Notes: generated by a model not told the origin, from the letters alone. A DNA stretch of 64,000 bases from an uncultured virus (IMG/VR IMGVR_UViG_3300026430_000073) (IMGVR_UViG_3300026430_000073:1-64000); one strand, 5' to 3'; positions 8,530 through 18,406 are shown, counted from the first letter of the stretch. Numbers and translations: made by a program.

Positions 8530-9918
8530 ATGACTCAACAGAAAGGTTATCTGATTGCTCTTGAAGGTACCGACAAGGTAGGCAAGAGTACTCAACGCGC
8601 CAAGATTGGCAAGTTTTACGAAGATGCTGGTTTCCGAGTGCACTACACTCGCGAGCCAGGTGGGACCCCAGCAGGGGAAAAGCTGCGTGAATTTCTTTTT
8701 GCCGAAAGGAAGGACGGGCAGGAGATTTCCGACATCGCCGAGCTCCTGTTGTTCTTCGCAGCACGCGACATTCACATCAACCAGCTCATCAAGCCGCTGC
8801 TGGCTGACGGCTGGATCGTCATTACCGATCGCTATGTCGATTCGAGCTATGCCTACCAGATCGCCGGCGGCGGTGCGCCTGTCGAACTGATCAACATGCT
8901 CGACAAACATGTCGTGGGTGAGGTCGTTCCTGACATGACCTTCCTGCTGACCGCTGATGTGAACACCAAACTCCAGCGCGCTGAAGGTTCCACTCGCGAT
9001 GCGATGGAGCTCAAGGGTTCCGATTACTACGCCCGCGCCGAGCAGGCTTATCTGGACCTCGCTCTCAGCGAGCCTGATCGTTATCGCGTCATTGACGCTA
9101 ACGTCGACGTCGAGCAAGTGTTCGCACAGATCCTCCCAACCCTGGGTGAGATCGATCGTGATCTGCGCAAGCGTCCGACCATGACCATCGACTCGTTGAT
9201 GGCCGAAGGTGCTCACGCAGATATCGAGCCAGGCCGTGCAATGGATCCGGTTAAGCCGATCCCGACCGAAAACTGCCCTGACCTCTGGCTTGCCGGCGGT
9301 GTTGAAGTCCTCCCAGGCTTCATCATTGCTCCTCAGGTCGGTACTGCGATTCAGGAAGGTGCGCCTGCTGGCCATCTATTCGTCGAGTACACCGAAGGCC
9401 TGAACTTCATGAACGCCGTTGTGCCATTCTGGGTCGAGACCACCTGGAATACCGCACAACTGTATTCGCTGAATACCGAAGTCAGCGCGAATGTCATCCG
9501 CAACATGCTGATGGCAATGACCAACAAACCTGATGTCCTCGTCGATGTCATGGTCGTGGTCGACAACTTCGCAACCAACTTCGGCACCCACCATCTTCGT
9601 AAAGGTAGCCGCTACCCGGCTGAACGTTGGTTCGATCTCCCGGAGCCGTCGCGCAGCCTTGACGCCATCATCCCGGCTCGCATCGGCGAAGCTGTTCGCG
9701 GCTGCGCTGCGATCTCGACACCTATCGACGAACATCCTCTCCAGCGTCTGGAAGGCATCGACCGCTCGGTATCGATCAGAACCTTGAACGATGGTCGTAT
9801 CGAACTGCACGTCGTCATCGATGCCAACGATCAGCGTCCGTACGACACGGTCCAATCTATCGCTGAATTCATGCTGCCGCGCAGCCGTGGTTTCGTCGCT
9901 GACGAGAAGGGTGAATAA
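8530..9918 (+). CDS. tmk: Thymidylate kinase fused to an unknown C-terminal domain
   Basis: IALEGTDKVGKST, TREPGGT, DRYVDSSYAYQ in the first ~210 aa. Confidence 0.9.
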   Translation: MTQQKGYLIALEGTDKVGKSTQRAKIGKFYEDAGFRVHYTREPGGTPAGEKLREFLFAERKDGQEISDIAELLLFFAARDIHINQLIKPLLADGWIVITDRYVDSSYAYQIAGGGAPVELINMLDKHVVGEVVPDMTFLLTADVNTKLQRAEGSTRDAMELKGSDYYARAEQAYLDLALSEPDRYRVIDANVDVEQVFAQILPTLGEIDRDLRKRPTMTIDSLMAEGAHADIEPGRAMDPVKPIPTENCPDLWLAGGVEVLPGFIIAPQVGTAIQEGAPAGHLFVEYTEGLNFMNAVVPFWVETTWNTAQLYSLNTEVSANVIRNMLMAMTNKPDVLVDVMVVVDNFATNFGTHHLRKGSRYPAERWFDLPEPSRSLDAIIPARIGEAVRGCAAISTPIDEHPLQRLEGIDRSVSIRTLNDGRIELHVVIDANDQRPYDTVQSIAEFMLPRSRGFVADEKGE

Positions 9919-9920
9919 AC

Positions 9921-10649
9921 ATGTCGCCGATCAACGAAGAATACAAGTACGAGAAGCAGCTTGAGAGCATCTTCGGCCTGGAGATCATGCAGGCAATCGT
10001 CCTGCTGAACACTCCGCGCCAGGGCGTGATCAAGCAAGACGTCGAGAAGTTCTGCCACGACGCACGCTGGGACATCGTCTCGCGTACCCGTAAGCGGATG
10101 GAAGCGTCTCGTACGGAGCTGCACTTCATCCCCTACGGCACCGTGTCGAAGTGGCCAGGTGAAGGTAATAAGAAGTCCACCCTGTCGTACAAGCGCCCTG
10201 ACCAGAACAACGGTGAAGTGCGTCTGTCCGGCAAGCGTTCGGTAGGGTTTGCAGGTCATGTCGATTCCATCGACTACGTCCGTAGCCCGAAAGGCGTGAT
10301 CTACGCCTACCAGACGCTGCGCGCTTCGTTCATCCGTGAGGTAGACGAAGAGCTGCGGTTCTACCACCCAGGTCTTGGCAAGTTCGTAACCATTGCCGAT
10401 GATCCTGAATACTTCTGCGTGGAAGCGCGAGGTTTCATCTATGACACCACGGACGACGTCGGCAAGACTCACCTCGGTGTGTACTTCGATGTTGAAGTAC
10501 AGCCAGTACTTGAAGTCACTTCGGGCGAAGAAGATGCAATCGAAGACGTCAAATGGCAAACCGGCTTTGAGCTGGATGATACCATCGACGTTTACGAAAA
10601 CTGGTCGCAGTTCATCATCAGCGCAGACCTTGCGCCGGTGGTAGGTTGA
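9921..10649 (+). CDS. NUDIX-like hydrolase (YmaB-like)
   Basis: IPY, SVGFAGHVD, REVDEEL, DVGKTHLG, ENWS motifs. Confidence 0.75.
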   Translation: MSPINEEYKYEKQLESIFGLEIMQAIVLLNTPRQGVIKQDVEKFCHDARWDIVSRTRKRMEASRTELHFIPYGTVSKWPGEGNKKSTLSYKRPDQNNGEVRLSGKRSVGFAGHVDSIDYVRSPKGVIYAYQTLRASFIREVDEELRFYHPGLGKFVTIADDPEYFCVEARGFIYDTTDDVGKTHLGVYFDVEVQPVLEVTSGEEDAIEDVKWQTGFELDDTIDVYENWSQFIISADLAPVVG

Positions 10650-10709
10650 TCCACGCCCCGCCAGCAATGGCGGGGCTTTATGTCCCTCAATGTAAGGAAA
10701 TAGAAAAAA

Positions 10710-11198
10710 ATGGCCAACGAAGCAATGCTGTCCCCAATGAATGATTGGACCTCCGATGACTTCACTCAGGTACCGTGGGAGGATTCGTATTTCGCTGAAC
10801 CTATCCATCTCTTCCCGGGCATGAGCATCTGCGTCAGTAACGAAAAAGACCTCGTGAAACTCCCTGATGCTGACGGCTATCTGCACATCCGCATGAAGAC
10901 CGACAAGGGCGAGAAAGACTGGGCGATCTTCTTCAAGTTCGCTCCAGATATCGACTGGGACAAACGTGAATTCGCAGTTCTTGATGTTGTTCGCTTCAGT
11001 AAGCTTATTGCCGAAGAAGTGGTCTACAGCGTACAAGACCCTAATGTGGAACTGAAGCGCGTCTGGTTCATTGACGCTGCCCGCTTCGGGCTTGACTTCA
11101 AGTCGGTGATGTACGGAAGTGCCGATAATCGCAACATCCGTTCGGCTTGGGGTCCTGGTGATGAGCCTAAACAGTCGTCGGCGGTGGTGATCCGCTGA
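10710..11198 (+). CDS. Hypothetical protein
   Basis: AAGGA RBS; coupled to the next gene. Confidence 0.7.
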   Translation: MANEAMLSPMNDWTSDDFTQVPWEDSYFAEPIHLFPGMSICVSNEKDLVKLPDADGYLHIRMKTDKGEKDWAIFFKFAPDIDWDKREFAVLDVVRFSKLIAEEVVYSVQDPNVELKRVWFIDAARFGLDFKSVMYGSADNRNIRSAWGPGDEPKQSSAVVIR

Positions 11199-11605
11199 TG
11201 AGTACGATGACCACATTCCTGGAATCAGGTCTGCTCGGTCTGCTACAGCAAGGCTGGTGGCGGGATAATGTTCTCGCCATCTTCCCTTTCCTGGACGCAC
11301 TCACCAAGGAAGACTATCACCACATCGCAATGGCGATCCTGTATCTTGGCAGCATGCTCACCACGTTTACTGAGGCCTTCCTCAAAGCCTTCCAGTCGCG
11401 AAACATCATGGCAGGCCATTACTGGTCGGCTTGGTTGACATCGTGGCTGGTAACGACGTGTGCTGTGGCTAGTGTATCGTTCATCGTCATGGGCGGCTGG
11501 GTAATCTTACTGACCTCTGGAATAGGTGGGTCATTTGGTTGCATTGCGGCCATGGCGGCTCATGAGCGATTGTTCAAATCAAAACATACAAAACCGGCTA
11601 ATTAG
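11198..11605 (+). CDS. Membrane protein
   Basis: Several hydrophobic helices, small-residue GIGGSFG motif. Confidence 0.7.
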   Translation: MSTMTTFLESGLLGLLQQGWWRDNVLAIFPFLDALTKEDYHHIAMAILYLGSMLTTFTEAFLKAFQSRNIMAGHYWSAWLTSWLVTTCAVASVSFIVMGGWVILLTSGIGGSFGCIAAMAAHERLFKSKHTKPAN

Positions 11606-11630
11606 ATAGAAGACCATTGGGAGCAAACTG

Positions 11631-13451
11631 ATGTCCGATCCAGTAATCCACAACCTTGTTGATGCTCAGTTCGTCGACAAGTATCGCCATTGCCTCGATC
11701 ACGGCTGGTTCCAAGAGGACCGCACCGGGGTGGGTACCTACGCCACTCACGCAGCGGTCATGCGCTTTGACTGCCAGTTCGGTCAGATGCCGATCATCAG
11801 CCTGCGCGGTATCCTACCTGAGAAGTTCCAGCACGAGATGCATTGGTTCGTCTCCGGTAACACCAACATCAAGTACCTGCGCGACAACAAGGTAGGTATC
11901 TGGGACAGCTGGTTCATCAAGGGCACCGACAAGTACGATGAGCCGCGCATCAGGCGCCGCACTTGCCAGCAGCGTATCGACCTGTCGTGCACCACCCTCG
12001 AAAATACCGAGGCGATCCAGAAGTTCATCGAACGTCGCATCGAGATCAGCGGCATTGGTGGTCCCGAAAGACTTTCGCTGCTGCCCGGGCGAAGCTCGAA
12101 GCAGGTGACTTACTCCAATCTGGCCGATGCTGACATCCATGAGATCCACAAGTTCCTTGACCAGTTTGGCGTAGCTCGCGTGTACGAGTTCTGGGACGCT
12201 GTGGAAGGCGACACACTCACCACCCAAGAACGTATCGAGCTGGCTATACAGACGGGGAAGGTCTACATGGTGGTGCCGTTCCTCCATGGGTTCCATCCGG
12301 GCGGTGGTCGTGAGCCGTACGAGTACCTGGACTTCAAGCATCCGAACATCGCCAGTAACTTCGGGTTCGATCGCGACCAGGTCGACGGTTTCAACCACAT
12401 CCTCGACTACAGCGGCATCCCACGCCGCCGTAACGTGCCGAAGCGCCTGTCGCTCAAGCGTCGGTTGGCGCGCCTGTCGAAGAACCGCGAACATGAATGG
12501 AGCCGAATCATTGGCGCTATCATGATGGGTGAGGACGATCCTGCTGAAACCAAGACCGTCCCGGTGGTCGTGTTCCGCAACGGCAAGTTCGAGGACGATA
12601 TCCTCAACAACGCCCAAGTGGAACGGGTAGAGAAACTGCTGGACTTCTTCGGCATCAATGCGTGGCCTCTGCTTGAAGCTGACATCGGTGCGGGTGGTTA
12701 CGGCGCACAGTGGCGCAAATGGCAGGATTGGCAAGTAGTGTCCAATGCTGACAATGCCGTCCCTAGCTTCTCCGACTACATCAAGCAGGGCTACTTGAAG
12801 TGGGGCGAGATTCAGCCAGAGTTCACCACTCTCGGTCACTCGGTCATGCACCGCAGCATCGACCAGTTGCAGAACTGTATCGATACGCTACGCACCAACC
12901 CGGATGACCGTCGGATCATCGTGACTGCTCACAACCCCGGCCGTACCTGGCAGGCAGCGCTTCCTCCATGTCACCTGTACTTCCAGTTCACCTCGCAAGT
13001 GCTCACCATGGCGCAACGCGTGAAGCTGCTGAAGTACAAACATCGCGATGACGTCGAGCTTCCCCAAGGCGGTGCTGGTAGCGTCGATGAATATCTCGAC
13101 AAGCAAGACATTCCGCGTCGTGGCCTGAACTGCTTCGTCCTGTTGCGTTCCAGCGACCTGCCGCTGGGAGCCGTGTTCAACGTAGCTCAGTACGCCTACC
13201 TGCTGCACATGGTAGCTCACGTCACCAACCACGCTCCGATGGAACTCGTAACGGTCGGCGTCAATGCTCACATCTACCTCAACCAGGTCGATGCGATCAA
13301 AGAGCTGATCTGGCGCGACTCCGACGGTGACTTCGATGCCCGCATGGTCATCAACGGTAAGTTCGACAACATCGACGACATCAAGTTCAGCGATGTTGAG
13401 ATCACCGGCTATACCCACGGTCCGTTCATGGACATCCCTGTCGCTGTATAA
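11631..13451 (+). CDS. thyA: Thymidylate synthase with large repeated insertions
   Basis: DRTGVGT, EMHWFVSG, IWDSW, YGAQWR, IDQL, RRIIV, ALPPCH, RSSD, FNVAQYA, AHIYLN. Confidence 0.92.
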   Translation: MSDPVIHNLVDAQFVDKYRHCLDHGWFQEDRTGVGTYATHAAVMRFDCQFGQMPIISLRGILPEKFQHEMHWFVSGNTNIKYLRDNKVGIWDSWFIKGTDKYDEPRIRRRTCQQRIDLSCTTLENTEAIQKFIERRIEISGIGGPERLSLLPGRSSKQVTYSNLADADIHEIHKFLDQFGVARVYEFWDAVEGDTLTTQERIELAIQTGKVYMVVPFLHGFHPGGGREPYEYLDFKHPNIASNFGFDRDQVDGFNHILDYSGIPRRRNVPKRLSLKRRLARLSKNREHEWSRIIGAIMMGEDDPAETKTVPVVVFRNGKFEDDILNNAQVERVEKLLDFFGINAWPLLEADIGAGGYGAQWRKWQDWQVVSNADNAVPSFSDYIKQGYLKWGEIQPEFTTLGHSVMHRSIDQLQNCIDTLRTNPDDRRIIVTAHNPGRTWQAALPPCHLYFQFTSQVLTMAQRVKLLKYKHRDDVELPQGGAGSVDEYLDKQDIPRRGLNCFVLLRSSDLPLGAVFNVAQYAYLLHMVAHVTNHAPMELVTVGVNAHIYLNQVDAIKELIWRDSDGDFDARMVINGKFDNIDDIKFSDVEITGYTHGPFMDIPVAV

Positions 13452-13462
13452 GGAAAGTAATC

Positions 13463-13783
13463 ATGCTGGGAACACTCCTCGTAATCGGGGCCTTTGTCAT
13501 AGGCCTTCTTGCCGGGAGTTTCCTGGCATGCTGGTGGGTTCTCCGTCGCGGCAGACGTATCGCCGAAGAACACAATGCTGACTTGAGAATCCTTCGTCGC
13601 CGGGCGAAACGGTACGGCTTCCTGCTCGACATGAACAATTTAGAAGTCGTGTGTTTCGAATGCGGTAATGCGAAGGGTGATGTCTGTCATGACGAGCAGA
13701 AGCGACTCGCGTTCATCCGTAAAATCAAAGCCCACAAACTACTGTACCTGAACATGCTGATGGAACACTTTGGAGTAAAGTAA
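13463..13783 (+). CDS. Hypothetical membrane-anchored protein
   Basis: N-terminal TM helix, CxxC motif. Confidence 0.65.
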   Translation: MLGTLLVIGAFVIGLLAGSFLACWWVLRRGRRIAEEHNADLRILRRRAKRYGFLLDMNNLEVVCFECGNAKGDVCHDEQKRLAFIRKIKAHKLLYLNMLMEHFGVK

Positions 13784-14640
13784 TGATCAAAGTAATTGCC
13801 ACCATGAACTTCGCCACTGGCGTAATGTCCCGCGACATCGCTGTCAAGATTGGCAAGTTCCCGGGCGGTGAGATCGATGTCAAACTCGATCCATGCGATG
13901 CACCGATGATCCGTCCTGACGTGACCATCGTAGCCCACCTCAGCAGCTCCGACCTGCTGATCGGTCTCATGCTCACCGCTGACGCTGTGCGTCGCCGCTG
14001 GCCGGGCTGTGCAGTACGTCTGTTCATCCCGTACCTGCCGTACGCTCGTCAGGACCGCGTCTGCAACGAAGGCGAGGCTCTGTCGCTGGCAGTGGTTGGG
14101 CAGATGATCAATTCGATCAATGCGGAAACCGTGACCATCGTGGACGCTCACTCCGAAGGCGCCATGACCGGTATCAACAACTGTGTCAACGTCAGCGCCC
14201 TGGAGTACATCGGTAAGCTCCACCTGCCCGAAGGTCTGGTGTTGATCGCTCCTGATGCCGGTGCGCTCAAGAAGACCTACCAGTACGCCAAAGAGCTCAA
14301 GGCGTCTGAAGTCATCGTGGCCAGTAAGCACCGTGACCCAGCTACCGGCAAGATCTCCCACACCGAGATCTACGGTGATGTTGATGGCAAGAATGTCATC
14401 ATCTTCGACGACATCTGTGATGGCGGCCGTACCTTCATGGAGCTTTCCAAGAAGCTGCGTGAGAAAGGCGCTAAGTACATGTCGCTGTTCGTAACCCACG
14501 GCATCTTCAGCCACGGCTACGACGAAATGCCGAAGTATTTCGATGCGATCTACAGCACCAACTCGTTCCACGGTAAAGGACGTGGCCCGCTCTGCCCTGA
14601 CGGCGAAGTGCGCGAAGGCTACCACTGGCTCGAAGTTTAA
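13783..14640 (+). CDS. prs: Ribose-phosphate pyrophosphokinase-like protein (probable NARP1 Adps)
   Basis: FPGGE, PYLPYARQDR, DAHS, APDAGA, DDICDGGRTF, VTHGIFS. Confidence 0.9.
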   Translation: MIKVIATMNFATGVMSRDIAVKIGKFPGGEIDVKLDPCDAPMIRPDVTIVAHLSSSDLLIGLMLTADAVRRRWPGCAVRLFIPYLPYARQDRVCNEGEALSLAVVGQMINSINAETVTIVDAHSEGAMTGINNCVNVSALEYIGKLHLPEGLVLIAPDAGALKKTYQYAKELKASEVIVASKHRDPATGKISHTEIYGDVDGKNVIIFDDICDGGRTFMELSKKLREKGAKYMSLFVTHGIFSHGYDEMPKYFDAIYSTNSFHGKGRGPLCPDGEVREGYHWLEV

Positions 14641-14667
14641 ACACCCACCCGCAAGCAAGGACGTAAC

Positions 14668-16731
14668 ATGTCTCTCAAGAAACTGTTCAAAGCTTTCAAG
14701 ATGTTCGGCCCTACCGGTACCGATGGCTACAAACAAGGCCATGGTCCGATGTATCCCGACGGTTCGTCGTTCCTCTACGCCAACAGCACCGCGCGTAGCG
14801 ACAAGATCTTCGCTCGATCGCCGAGTTGTAGTTCGATGTGGGACCGTAAGATCCTGGTCACCGGTCACGTAGCCGCGCTGCATGAAATCGTCAGCATGTG
14901 GGAAGAGAGCTTCTTCAGCAAGCCGAAGTCCGACGTGCTCTACAAGTTCAAGCGCCGCTGCGACACCTACATCGGCAAAGACAAGGTATCGGCCAAGTCC
15001 CTTGCCAACCTGCACGATATCGGTCACCTGCCGCTGCGTATCCTGGGCGTGGAAGAAGGTACCCGTCTGCCGATTGGCGTGCCTATGTACGTCATCTACG
15101 ACAGCAACGGTAATGTCATCGATGAAGGCTCCGAGTTCTTCTGGCTGGCCGAGTTCCTCGAAACCATCATGTCGAACATGACCTGGAAACAGGTTACCGT
15201 CGGCACCATTGCGTTCGAGTACCGTCGCGTCCTGACCAAGTGGGCCAAGATCACCGGCGTGCCTACCGACTTCGTCAAGTTCCAGGCTCACGACTTCTCG
15301 TACCGTGGCATGTCGGGTATGGAAGATGGCGCTCGTTGCGGCGCGGCTCACCTGCGCGTGTTCACCGGCAGTGATACCATGCCGGCCATCGACTACATCG
15401 AGCAGATGTACAACGGCGATGCCGAGAAGGTGATGATCGCAGGTACCATTCCTGCGACTGAGCACTCGGTGGCAACCGCGAACATCCTGAGTCGGCTGCG
15501 TCAGATGGTCAAGGCTCGTCGAGCCGAAGGCGCTACCGAAGAAGAGCTGCTCTCTGAACTGAAAGGCATGCGCCTGGAAGCAGAGCGTGGCTTCATCAAG
15601 GAAATGTTGACCGTCAAGTTCAAGACCGGCATGCTGGGCCTGGTGTGCGACAGCTTCGACTTCTTTGGCGTACTGACCTCGGTCCTGCCTTCGCTGAAGG
15701 AAGAGATCCTGGCTCGTCTGCCTGACGAGAACGGCATGGCCAAGCTGGTCATCCGTCCTGACTCGGGCGATCCTGTAGAAATCATCTGCGGCGTGGAAAT
15801 CCTGGACCAGCTTGCTGCCGAAGCTCAGATGGTGAACTACAAGCCGGAGTTCGTCTACTTCAAAGATCCGGAAGGCAAGATTCACAAAGCCACCAGTATC
15901 GCCGGTAAAGCGATCTCCCGCACCATCAGTCAGGTCAAGGCCGATCTGCCTGCGGTTGATCACAGCTACTACGACGAACTGATGACCGACGTGATGGGCT
16001 CCGCCGCCCTGTTCGACTACCCGTTCCCGATCAGCGCCGATTGCACCGACCCGGTCCGCTTCAAAGCGTATCGTGAGCTGCATGACCTGCTCGAGCTGCG
16101 CGGTGTCGAAGTCATGGTCATGGGTAAGGGCACTTACCGCAACGGCTACAAGATCGAACAGGTCGAGCTGTCGGCGCAAGAGAAGGGTGCCATCGAGCTG
16201 CTGTGGGAAACCTTCGGCGGTACCGAAACCGAACGCGGCTACAAAGTTCTGCACGAACGCATCGGCCTGATCTACGGCGATTCCATCACCGTACACCGCG
16301 CTGAAGAAATCTGCCGTCGTCTGGCGATCAAAGGTTTCGCATCGTGCAACGTCGTGTTCGGCGTCGGCTCCTACACCTACAACTACCTGACTCGCGATAC
16401 CTTCGGCATTGCCGTTAAGGCTACCGCGACCATGGTCAATGGTGAGATGGTCGAGCTGTACAAAGACCCAGCCACCGGTGACGGTCTGAAGAAGTCGGCC
16501 AAAGGCCTGCTGGCGCTGATCGACAGCGATGAAGGTATCGTGCTCAACCAAGAGCAAGATATGAAGATCGCCGAGATCCACGTCAAGTCTGGTCTGCTGA
16601 AACCGATCTTCATGGATGGCGGTTTCGTGGTTGATCCTAACCACACCGACATCTGTGCGAAGGTCGATCAGCACATCACCGAAACTACTGACCGGTGGTT
16701 CGAACTGCACGGCAATTCGAAAGTCGCGTAA
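14668..16731 (+). CDS. Nicotinamide phosphoribosyltransferase-like protein (probable NARP1 Namat)
   Basis: TDGYKQGH, HDFSYRG, GSDT, PATEHSV, IRPDSGDP, LIYGDSIT, FGVGSYTY, TRDTFG, KKSAKG. Confidence 0.9.
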   Translation: MSLKKLFKAFKMFGPTGTDGYKQGHGPMYPDGSSFLYANSTARSDKIFARSPSCSSMWDRKILVTGHVAALHEIVSMWEESFFSKPKSDVLYKFKRRCDTYIGKDKVSAKSLANLHDIGHLPLRILGVEEGTRLPIGVPMYVIYDSNGNVIDEGSEFFWLAEFLETIMSNMTWKQVTVGTIAFEYRRVLTKWAKITGVPTDFVKFQAHDFSYRGMSGMEDGARCGAAHLRVFTGSDTMPAIDYIEQMYNGDAEKVMIAGTIPATEHSVATANILSRLRQMVKARRAEGATEEELLSELKGMRLEAERGFIKEMLTVKFKTGMLGLVCDSFDFFGVLTSVLPSLKEEILARLPDENGMAKLVIRPDSGDPVEIICGVEILDQLAAEAQMVNYKPEFVYFKDPEGKIHKATSIAGKAISRTISQVKADLPAVDHSYYDELMTDVMGSAALFDYPFPISADCTDPVRFKAYRELHDLLELRGVEVMVMGKGTYRNGYKIEQVELSAQEKGAIELLWETFGGTETERGYKVLHERIGLIYGDSITVHRAEEICRRLAIKGFASCNVVFGVGSYTYNYLTRDTFGIAVKATATMVNGEMVELYKDPATGDGLKKSAKGLLALIDSDEGIVLNQEQDMKIAEIHVKSGLLKPIFMDGGFVVDPNHTDICAKVDQHITETTDRWFELHGNSKVA

Positions 16732-16732
16732 G

Positions 16733-16772
16733 CGGCATAAATCGGCGGGGAGAAATCCCCGCCTTTCTTTTT
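16733..16772 (+). terminator. Intrinsic terminator
   Basis: GGCGGGGA-GAAA-TCCCCGCC + T tract. Confidence 0.8.
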
Positions 16773-16792
16773 GTTAATTGGAGTTGAAGTAA

Positions 16793-17023
16793 GTGGACCT
16801 TAGCATCGCCCTGTCGGCGTTGGTACTTTGTGCAATCATCACTTTCAAAATCGCCGGCGTATGCGCGTCTATCAAAGACATTCGCAAATGGGAAATCCAT
16901 CTCAGCGGTTTTGGTGAGATCGTCGATCACATCAAAGCTTGGGGCTTGATCTACCCTGCGGTAATGCTTGCGGGTTGGGTTGTAGCTCTTCAGATGGCGG
17001 GGTTCAAGATACTTACTCTGTAA
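16793..17023 (+). CDS. Small membrane protein
   Basis: Two hydrophobic segments. Confidence 0.6.
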   Translation: MDLSIALSALVLCAIITFKIAGVCASIKDIRKWEIHLSGFGEIVDHIKAWGLIYPAVMLAGWVVALQMAGFKILTL

Positions 17024-17032
17024 GGAGACGAC

Positions 17033-17299
17033 ATGCTGACGATCCTGTTCTACGATGGTCGAGATGAAGAAGATGGGGCTACCTTCGACTTCACCGCCGA
17101 TGGTTTCAAAGCCCTGATCGCCACCAGGATTTTCCGCACCGCCCACATCGCGACAGATGACGGTAAGCGGGCGATCGATCTGGGCATCTACCAGGTAAAA
17201 GTAGCTCAGTACTTCGAACAGCTGGAGCCGAAGCATCCCCAACACAAAGAGATCCTGCGCTGCTGCAAACAGTTCAGGTATCTCGTAGGAAGTCCTTAA
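17033..17299 (+). CDS. Hypothetical protein
   Basis: AAGGAG RBS. Confidence 0.7.
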   Translation: MLTILFYDGRDEEDGATFDFTADGFKALIATRIFRTAHIATDDGKRAIDLGIYQVKVAQYFEQLEPKHPQHKEILRCCKQFRYLVGSP

Positions 17300-17308
17300 G
17301 GAAAAGCC

Positions 17309-17458
17309 ATGTACGTCAACGTAATCCGCTATAAAGGTCAAGCCATCCAGCGCGGTAGCGATGCGGCCAAGCTGTGGGAAGACAAGAAGTTCGATGAGCT
17401 GGATAAGCATCTAGCAAAACTCGACAAGGCCTGGAGAGATCTGGAGGGGCGTAAGTGA
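17309..17458 (+). CDS. Small hypothetical protein (49 aa)
   Basis: AAGGA RBS; MYVNVIRYKGQAIQRGS...; fills the gap between neighbours. Confidence 0.6.
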   Translation: MYVNVIRYKGQAIQRGSDAAKLWEDKKFDELDKHLAKLDKAWRDLEGRK

Positions 17459-17799
17459 AGGTACTCCCGATCGATGTACGCACCCGTGAAGAACTGGAAG
17501 CCGACTTCCTCGAACTGTTCAAGAAGCACAAGTTCGAATGGAAGAAAGAGAACTGCGTCAGAGCGTTCCGAGTAAGCCATCGGGTTCTCTTCACCGTCCA
17601 GCTGGTCCATTTCCCGAGCGGGAGTATGACCATGCGGTTCGGCAGCACCTCGAAGCTGTACATCCATTACTCGGCCTCCGAAGATAAGATCACGATCGGT
17701 GTACCGGGCATGGATAGCGAAACCCAGTGGCTGATGGCTGGTCAATACTACGTCATGGCAGAAGCATTACTGGCGACGCTCGCCGAGGATCTGCTGTAA
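17455..17799 (+). CDS. Hypothetical protein
   Basis: GGAGG RBS, GTG start overlapping the previous stop. Confidence 0.7.
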   Translation: MKVLPIDVRTREELEADFLELFKKHKFEWKKENCVRAFRVSHRVLFTVQLVHFPSGSMTMRFGSTSKLYIHYSASEDKITIGVPGMDSETQWLMAGQYYVMAEALLATLAEDLL

Positions 17800-17805
17800 T
17801 GAACG

Positions 17806-17848
17806 CCGACAGTACCGAAAGGTACTGTCGGTGCTTTCTTTTTTTTTG
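17806..17848 (+). terminator. Intrinsic terminator
   Basis: CCGACAGTACC-GAAA-GGTACTGTCGG + T tract. Confidence 0.85.
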
Positions 17849-17855
17849 TGCTGTG

Positions 17856-17879
17856 TAAATTAATAAGATACCACATTAT
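17856..17879 (+). promoter_or_regulatory. Putative phage early promoter
   Basis: TAAA...CCACATTAT. Confidence 0.6.
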
Positions 17880-17912
17880 CGGATGGAGATAACATAACCT
17901 GGGGAAAGGTAA

Positions 17913-18134
17913 ATGCGTGGTGCTTTAATCGTAGCTGTAGGTTTGGTCTTGACAGGTCTGGCGATAATCGCCGCCTCTAACGGTCAGTTAGACAAACCGC
18001 AGCGAATGGAAGGCAGTGATGCCATTGTGGTCGCCATGCGCAAGTGTCTTGATGAAGGTGGGGATCAGGCCCTCATCTATCGCCAATGCTGGAATAAAGC
18101 AGAACTCGTAGGTAAACGCAAGGGAGCTAAGTAA
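17913..18134 (+). CDS. Small secreted/membrane protein
   Basis: Signal-like N-terminus. Confidence 0.6.
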   Translation: MRGALIVAVGLVLTGLAIIAASNGQLDKPQRMEGSDAIVVAMRKCLDEGGDQALIYRQCWNKAELVGKRKGAK

Positions 18135-18406
18135 TGCGCAAGTCCAAGATTTACATCGGTCGTAACAAAGGCATCGACAAGTTCGGCCGCAACAAACTCA
18201 AGAAGATGCCGTCGGTTCTCAAGAACTACTTCTTGCTGCAGATCCGCCGTTGGGCTGAGATCCAGCAGCTCAAGATCAACATGAACTCGACGTTCGGCAT
18301 GGCGTCTCAAGCGCTTGAGTCAAAAGGTTACGAAACGGCGCTGGAGCGTCGTATCGGCATCAGTAAGCGCTTTCATTCCGGTAGCTATCACGGGGGCATG
18401 GTTTAA
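18134..18406 (+). CDS. Basic hypothetical protein
   Basis: TAATG coupling at both ends. Confidence 0.65.
   Translation: MRKSKIYIGRNKGIDKFGRNKLKKMPSVLKNYFLLQIRRWAEIQQLKINMNSTFGMASQALESKGYETALERRIGISKRFHSGSYHGGMV

Noticed and set aside
11930..12680. Intein or intron in thyA
   Set aside because: The frame is open, with no intein terminal motifs (C/S...HN-C/S/T) or homing endonuclease motifs; internal repeats explain the insert.
13687..16710. 1007-aa minus-strand ORF, and similar long opposite-strand ORFs (858-2123, 9831-11300, 20694-22244, 32281-34326, 42060-44030, 59437-60549, 62582-63973)
   Set aside because: Antisense shadows of well-supported genes, caused by codon bias; no recognisable motifs.
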